DNA from: Spirochaetia bacterium
Lineage (GTDB): Bacteria; Spirochaetota; Spirochaetia; UBA9216
DNA: 64,000 bases
NCBI GenBank assembly: GCA_965140585.1
Contig: OZ223267.1
Coordinates: 128,001-192,000 of the forward strand
Direction: 5' to 3'
Part shown: positions 58,715 to 64,000 of the stretch, piece by piece
Position numbering within the stretch: the stretch's first letter is position 1
How the letters are laid out: each line of letters starts with the position of its first letter
Made by a program: the position numbers and the translations under genes
Notes under the pieces: model-generated
What the model saw: the letters and a program-made list of their open reading frames with translations, nothing else
What the model was told of the DNA's origin: nothing
The model's database searches: none

Positions 58715-59776
58715 ATGAATAAGGTGATTCTTAAGGCCGCTGATCTGGATGGGTATCTGACAGATTGCGACAAAGAAAATCTGGCTAAGATGGAAGTCTA
58801 TTATAACGAAGCTATGGAGCAGTTTGCTACTATCAGCTCTTCAAATTTTACTGACAAAAGTGAATCAAGTAAAAAGGAACTTATTTCCATCTACAACAAA
58901 ATGGGTGTACTTATGCAGGAGATAACAAACGAGATTCCTGCTATCAAGGTCTATTCTTTTGAGACCCCCAGAGAAAATCACGGTGAAGCTTCCCGGCTGA
59001 TTGCAAAGCTTAGAGATGTAAGAACTGAGCATCATGAATTTCTTTACTACATTCAGCGGGCTTATGAAATGCTGTTTAACCTGGCATATGGCGGAGCAAG
59101 TTCCAAAAAAAATTACCTTATTACAAAAACTCCTGTAAACATGCCTGTTCAGAATTACGCTGTTCACAAGATCCCGGATGCTGATGAGCAGATCGAGAAT
59201 TCAGTTATGTGTGTAATGCTTCGAGGAGCGCTTCTTCCGTCGATGATTATGAGTAAGGAAATACAGGAATATTCTTCAGAGGGCTATGTTACACCCTTTG
59301 CCTTATTTAAGATAAACAGAGATGATTCCAAGAAAGAATTAAACATGGAATATATACTCGATCTTGAAAAATCATACTTTGATCTTGAAAGTCTTGATGG
59401 GAAAGATCTTATCTTTGCTGACCCGATGAATGCTACCGGTGGAAGTCTGGTTACAATAGTGAAATACTTACTTGAAAACGGCGTGAAACCTAAATCCATC
59501 AAATTTTTCAATGTTATTTCTGCACTTAAAGGTTCTTTACGTATAGTCAGAGCTCTGGAAAATGTAACTGTTTATACACTATGGATGGATCCGATTCTTA
59601 ATGAAAAAGCATACATAATGCCGGGTCTTGGAGATGCCGGAGACAGACTTAATGGAAGCGATGCAGAAGAAGCTCCGCGAAACATTATTCAGCTCATTGC
59701 TGATTATGGAGTAAATATCTCTCAGCTGTACCGATCTCAGGTTCGGAAAATCGAAGAAACAGTCCTGGGAGGCTGA
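58715..59776 (+). CDS. upp: Uracil phosphoribosyltransferase with N-terminal extension
   Basis: [30 protein letters not shown]. Confidence 0.88.
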   Translation: MNKVILKAADLDGYLTDCDKENLAKMEVYYNEAMEQFATISSSNFTDKSESSKKELISIYNKMGVLMQEITNEIPAIKVYSFETPRENHGEASRLIAKLRDVRTEHHEFLYYIQRAYEMLFNLAYGGASSKKNYLITKTPVNMPVQNYAVHKIPDADEQIENSVMCVMLRGALLPSMIMSKEIQEYSSEGYVTPFALFKINRDDSKKELNMEYILDLEKSYFDLESLDGKDLIFADPMNATGGSLVTIVKYLLENGVKPKSIKFFNVISALKGSLRIVRALENVTVYTLWMDPILNEKAYIMPGLGDAGDRLNGSDAEEAPRNIIQLIADYGVNISQLYRSQVRKIEETVLGG

Positions 59777-59782
59777 TGATTA

Positions 59783-60748
59783 ATGTTTTCTCATCCCTCC
59801 GGTAAGGTTTTTATCTTATTTTACAGCTCTCTTTTGGTTGCTGTTACACTTTCCTGCGGTACTGTTGCTAATGTGTCTGTAGAAGAGACGGCGACAGCAT
59901 GGTACAACCTGGGCAATGCCTATACTGAGCTGGGCCGGAATGAAGAAGCAGTTGAAGCCTTTGTGAGGGCGAGAGAGCTGGACCCCTCACTTTTCAGCGC
60001 CGGTTATAATCTTGCCCGGGTTTATATCTATCTTGAAAATTATGATGACAGTATTGATGAACTGCAGGGGCTTCTTGAAGTAGATCCCGAAAACCGGATC
60101 GCTAAGGAAACTCTTGCATGGGTTTATCATCTGCAGGGTGATGATGAAAAAGCCCTTGATGTGTATCTTGAACTGATAAGTCAATCTCAATTCAGCAGAA
60201 ATTCTCTCTACAATGTTGCAGCTATCTATGATGCACAGGGAGAAAAGGAAAAGGCGGTTCAGTATTACGAGACATTGGTTGATAATTTCCCGCAAGAAAC
60301 CACTGTATACAGGAATCTTGCTATTCTGTCCAACGAGGCTCTTGATTATGATAAAGCCTTGTTGTGGTCAGCCAAGTATACAGAATCGGCCGAAGACGAA
60401 TACCAGTCCTGGGAATTAAACGGAGACATCCTGAAAAATCTTAGCAGGTACGATGATGCACTTGATTCCTTTTTAAAGGCAGAACAGCTTGCTGAAAAAA
60501 ACTCAGAGAAGGGAAGGGTTATTTACAAGCAGGCGCGGATATATCTGACAATTATTGATGATTCAGAGAAAGGGCTGGAGCTTCTGAAGAAAGCAGTGGA
60601 AAATGAATGGAAAGATATCGATGCTGCAGAAGATCTATTATCTGATGAAGAACTTCCCTGGTATGAGGATGCTGCTGAAATTTTAAAAACTGTAATTAGT
60701 CAAAAGGAAAAAACTGAAGTAAGCGAGGCTGCGGCTGAAGAAGAATAA
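59783..60748 (+). CDS. TPR lipoprotein
   Basis: LSC lipobox and repeated TPRs (AWYNLGNAY, YNLARVY, LYNVAAIY). Confidence 0.82.
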   Translation: MFSHPSGKVFILFYSSLLVAVTLSCGTVANVSVEETATAWYNLGNAYTELGRNEEAVEAFVRARELDPSLFSAGYNLARVYIYLENYDDSIDELQGLLEVDPENRIAKETLAWVYHLQGDDEKALDVYLELISQSQFSRNSLYNVAAIYDAQGEKEKAVQYYETLVDNFPQETTVYRNLAILSNEALDYDKALLWSAKYTESAEDEYQSWELNGDILKNLSRYDDALDSFLKAEQLAEKNSEKGRVIYKQARIYLTIIDDSEKGLELLKKAVENEWKDIDAAEDLLSDEELPWYEDAAEILKTVISQKEKTEVSEAAAEEE

Positions 60749-60783
60749 TTTCCTGCTTAGAGCTTCATATTAGAAGCTCTAAA

Positions 60784-61413
60784 TCAGGAATTAACAGTTT
60801 TTATTGTATCCTTTAGGACATTTTCAACGCTCTGTGTTCCGTCGATATCAAAAAGACGATTTTTAGACTTATAATAATCTATAAGCGGTGCTGTCTGTTT
60901 TCTATAGACATTTAGTCTGTTCTGAACGGCTTCAGCTGCGTCATCGGCTCTGACATACAGCTCCCCGCCGCATTTATCACAGACGCCATCAACCTTCGGT
61001 TTTATGGTTTTGATGTGATAACCTTCGCCGCAGTTTTTACATAGTCTTCTGCCGCTGAGCCTGTCTACAACCTCTTCATCAGATACAATAAAGTTTATTA
61101 CCTTATCAATAGTACTGAATTCTGCCAGCGCATCAGCCTGTACGATGGTTCTTGGAAAACCATCCAGGATATAGCCTTTTAAAGCATCAGCTTCTGCCAG
61201 TCTTTCCTTTACAAGGGCTACTGTTAAATCATCGGGAACAAGATTTCCAGCTTCAATGATTGCCTGAACTTTGACACCAAGTTCCGTTTTGTTTTTAATT
61301 GCCTTTCTGAATAGATCTCCGGTTGAGATGTGGGGGATTCCCAGGTTTCCGCATGCCCGCGACGCAATTGTCCCTTTTCCGGCACCCGGGGGGCCTAAAA
61401 AAATCAGTTTCAT
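60784..61413 (-). CDS. adk: Adenylate kinase (Zn-lid type)
   Basis: GPPGAGKGT, HISTGDLFR, LDGFPRT, lid CKNC...CDKC. Confidence 0.97.
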   Translation of the reverse strand: MKLIFLGPPGAGKGTIASRACGNLGIPHISTGDLFRKAIKNKTELGVKVQAIIEAGNLVPDDLTVALVKERLAEADALKGYILDGFPRTIVQADALAEFSTIDKVINFIVSDEEVVDRLSGRRLCKNCGEGYHIKTIKPKVDGVCDKCGGELYVRADDAAEAVQNRLNVYRKQTAPLIDYYKSKNRLFDIDGTQSVENVLKDTIKTVNS

Positions 61414-61665
61414 TCATTCCTCCTTTGATTCTGGCAGAATTATACCGTCTTTGGAGTAAATTGTTCTACACTCAACCGAACAATAATATTTCGTTTCATT
61501 CTCATTTTTGTCAGGTTTAAAGTATTTGCCGCAGTTTATGCATTTTGCATATTCATTTGTGCATTCAGTTGAGCAGTAGAGATTATTGATACTCTGACTG
61601 GCAGGTGTAATTCTTCCGCAGGTTTGGCACCTGATATATTTTATATCCGAATCATCTGATTCCAT
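61414..61665 (-). CDS. Small Cys-rich zinc-binding protein
   Basis: Two repeats of CxxCG...YCSxEC. RBS GGAG; directly abuts adk. Confidence 0.7.
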   Translation of the reverse strand: MESDDSDIKYIRCQTCGRITPASQSINNLYCSTECTNEYAKCINCGKYFKPDKNENETKYYCSVECRTIYSKDGIILPESKEE

Positions 61666-61772
61666 TTGTTTCTCCGTTAGTTTTAAATATATTCAGTCAA
61701 ATTCTTAAATAAAAAGCTTGAATTACAAAAGCACGGGGTCTATTCTATATAGTATTACATGCGGAGGTAAAT

Positions 61773-62099
61773 ATGTCTATTTACGAAAAGCTTCAGGAAG
61801 GATTAAGTGATGGCCTGGCTTATGGTATTGAAACATCAAAAAATCTCCTTTCCAAGGCTAAGGAAACAGCGGTTGAGCTTGAAGAAGAAGGTCTGCTGCG
61901 TCTTGAATTAAGAAAGTTGAATGCAAGAAAGAAGGAATTAATCAGCGAACTTGGAATAAAGGCATATGAAGCCTTTGTTATAAATAATCGAAAGTCTCTC
62001 ACCCTGTCTTCTTCCGGAGTCAACTCAATTCTTTCAGAGATAAATGAGCTTGAAAAAGCCATAGCCGAGAAAGAAGAAGACCTTAGAAAGTCAGAATAG
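61773..62099 (+). CDS. Hypothetical coiled-coil protein
   Basis: GGAGG RBS and a 108-aa helical sequence. Confidence 0.7.
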   Translation: MSIYEKLQEGLSDGLAYGIETSKNLLSKAKETAVELEEEGLLRLELRKLNARKKELISELGIKAYEAFVINNRKSLTLSSSGVNSILSEINELEKAIAEKEEDLRKSE

Positions 62100-62335
62100 C
62101 TATATTTTAAATTATTACACTCATCTCCTATAAAAAATGTATATATCATGATAATTATATGGAAATCCTTATAAATCAGTGATAAATTATCTATATAAAA
62201 ATTGTCTATGTGTTCTGGAGGGGGTAGCTAAAAAATATGATGATAATTAATATAAAAATCAAAAACAAATAAAATAACAATCTATTTAATAATATTACTA
62301 AAACTCAATTCTTAATAAATATTTGGAGAAGTAAA

Positions 62336-63331
62336 ATGAAAACTAAACTAATTATCACAAACATTCTAATAGTTTTAATGTTTGTCGTCCTAATCACTGG
62401 CTGTGACATTTTCTCTGCCGCCATTGATGATGTTGTTGTCTTAAGTGCAAGTCTTGATGAAAAATTCGATGAGAATGGTATTGTATACTTAAATATCGTA
62501 CCAATTGATATCAATGGTGCTTTGAGTGATATCCGCTCTATAGATGCAAAAGCCACTTATCTTGACGCATCTTATACTGAAGTGGAAGAAGATTTAGATG
62601 TAGATAAAGAAGATACTGTTGTTGCTGAATCTTCATCGCTTCCCTGGTCTATAGCTATTGATATAGACAGTAGCGGAAGTATGTCTAGTAATGATTCAGA
62701 ATATGTCAGAAAAGATGCATCAAAACTCTTTGTTGAAAACATCCTTTCCTATGATTCTACAAGTGAATTTAATATCTATGATTTTGGTGCCGGTTCTACG
62801 ACGGGATTTTCATATTCAAGACAATTGACAAGTGACTGGACATCAGACGTAACGACAATAGATGCTGCTATTGATGAAGTTGTTGCTTCCGGAGGTACTC
62901 CTTTATTTGAATCAATATATGAAATATTACAGGCATTTGTCGTTGAAAAGGCTGCTTCTTCATACCAAAGAGCTATGTTGGTGCTTTCTGACGGTTCACC
63001 AGATAGTTATACTAATCGGACTACTGTTTATGAGTATGCAGTCTCAAATACTATCCCTATAAACACGGTTTACTTGGGAGATAGTGATTATACAGCAGCT
63101 ACCATGCGTGAGCTTGCTGAAAATACAGGCGGTATATATGCAAGCGCTGACGATGCTGATGCATTGGAAGATGCCTTTGTTGGTCTATCTCTTGGTACAA
63201 ATGAAGGCTACCTTGTGTATACTCTCACCTTCGCAGATCCGGATGAGATTTATGGTTCAACTGTAAGCATTGAACTTGAGATAGTAGCAAAGGATTATTC
63301 AGATGTGAAGGAACTTACGCTGAATCTTTAA
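62336..63331 (+). CDS. von Willebrand factor A-domain lipoprotein
   Basis: Lipobox ITGC, MIDAS DSSGS, GGTPL, LSDG, LAENTGG. Confidence 0.88.
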   Translation: MKTKLIITNILIVLMFVVLITGCDIFSAAIDDVVVLSASLDEKFDENGIVYLNIVPIDINGALSDIRSIDAKATYLDASYTEVEEDLDVDKEDTVVAESSSLPWSIAIDIDSSGSMSSNDSEYVRKDASKLFVENILSYDSTSEFNIYDFGAGSTTGFSYSRQLTSDWTSDVTTIDAAIDEVVASGGTPLFESIYEILQAFVVEKAASSYQRAMLVLSDGSPDSYTNRTTVYEYAVSNTIPINTVYLGDSDYTAATMRELAENTGGIYASADDADALEDAFVGLSLGTNEGYLVYTLTFADPDEIYGSTVSIELEIVAKDYSDVKELTLNL

Positions 63332-63394
63332 GCAACAATTTTTAATCAAAACCTTTACAAGCACCATTTAAATTCCTAAAATTATAAATGGTGC

Positions 63395-63549
63395 TTGACA
63401 TTTTTTCAGCAAATCTGTATAACTACGAAACCTTCTGAAACAGCAAGTAAAACGGCGCTTCAGGACCAACGGTAAGTCGAGTAAGTTCTTAAAATACTTA
63501 AAATTATTTTAACGAACCGGTTGACACAAATCGCTGGGTTTGGTAAAAC
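63395..63549 (+). promoter_or_regulatory. Tandem rRNA promoters P1/P2
   Basis: TTGACA(63395)-17-TATAAC and TTGACA(63521)-17-TAAAAC. Confidence 0.7.
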
Positions 63550-63603
63550 TACGGCACGCTTGAAACACAGTGTGTGGGTAGCGAAAGAGACTCAAAAGAG
63601 TCT

Positions 63604-63615
63604 TGTTCTTTAACA
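63604..63615 (+). promoter_or_regulatory. rrn antitermination boxA
   Basis: TGTTCTTTAACA versus consensus TGCTCTTTAACA, in the rRNA leader. Confidence 0.7.
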
Positions 63616-63740
63616 GTAAATAGGGAAGGAAAGAGAGCCTGTGTTAATAGGTTTGATACTGAGCTACTTGAAATATAGTAGATAGTGCGAACCGTCAATT
63701 GTTAGGATTAAAATTGCTAATCTTTATGGTTAGCAAATTA

Positions 63741-64000
63741 TATCATGGAGAGTTTGATCCTGGCTCAGAACGAACGCTGGCGGCGCGTTTTAAGCATGCA
63801 AGTCGAACGGGATTTCAGTGCTTGCACTGAATGAGAGTGGCGAACGGGTGAGTAACACGTAAGTAATCTGCCTGTAAATTGGGGATAGCCTGTGGAAACA
63901 CAGGGTAATACCGAATACGCTTGGTAAGTGGGAACTTATTAAGGAAAGGGGCTAAGGCCTCGTTTACAGATGAGCTTGCGGTTCATTAGCTAGTTGGTGG
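63741..64000 (+). rRNA. rrs: 16S rRNA, 5' part (truncated by window end)
   Basis: AGAGTTTGATCCTGGCTCAG at 63749, then ACGCTGGCGG, GCATGCAAGTCG, GGGTGAGTAACACGT. The 5' end is approximate. Confidence 0.98.

Noticed and set aside
62140-62260. Fur-box-like GATAAT repeats
   Set aside because: Only partial matches in an extremely AT-rich spacer.

Overview
A ~44% GC bacterial chromosome segment, almost certainly from a free-living spirochaete (Spirochaetales). Evidence: the 16S 5' end reads GAACGAACGCTGGCGGCGCGTTTTAAGCATGC, and the window has UPF0164, long-UPRT, DUF3996-like and large SpoIIE-type proteins plus many lipoproteins. It is mostly housekeeping: UPF0210/ACT, thiI, cysteine desulfurase, aroB, nudC, hrpA, trpR, dnaE2, rluA, fadD, dsbD, comEC, rsmA, a lysine riboswitch with dapB-dapA, pta, tyrA, bactofilin, mtaB, tRNA-Lys/tRNA-Glu, upp, adk and the start of an rRNA operon. 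I saw no CRISPR array, transposase, integrase or prophage gene. Best candidates for something new: (1) a three-lipoprotein operon behind tRNA-Glu (51175-55843) whose N- and C-terminal strands suggest an anchor/shaft/tip, type V pilus-like donor-strand assembly; (2) a divergent sigma70-like gene directly behind a sigma54 -24/-12 promoter (10369-11258); (3) a FadL-like barrel / giant TPR / beta-propeller-HAMP-PP2C trans-envelope locus (18604-28096); (4) a solitary dnaE2 with a 16-bp SOS-box-like palindrome; (5) repeated leaderless promoter architecture. All calls were made by eye from motifs; no database search was run.
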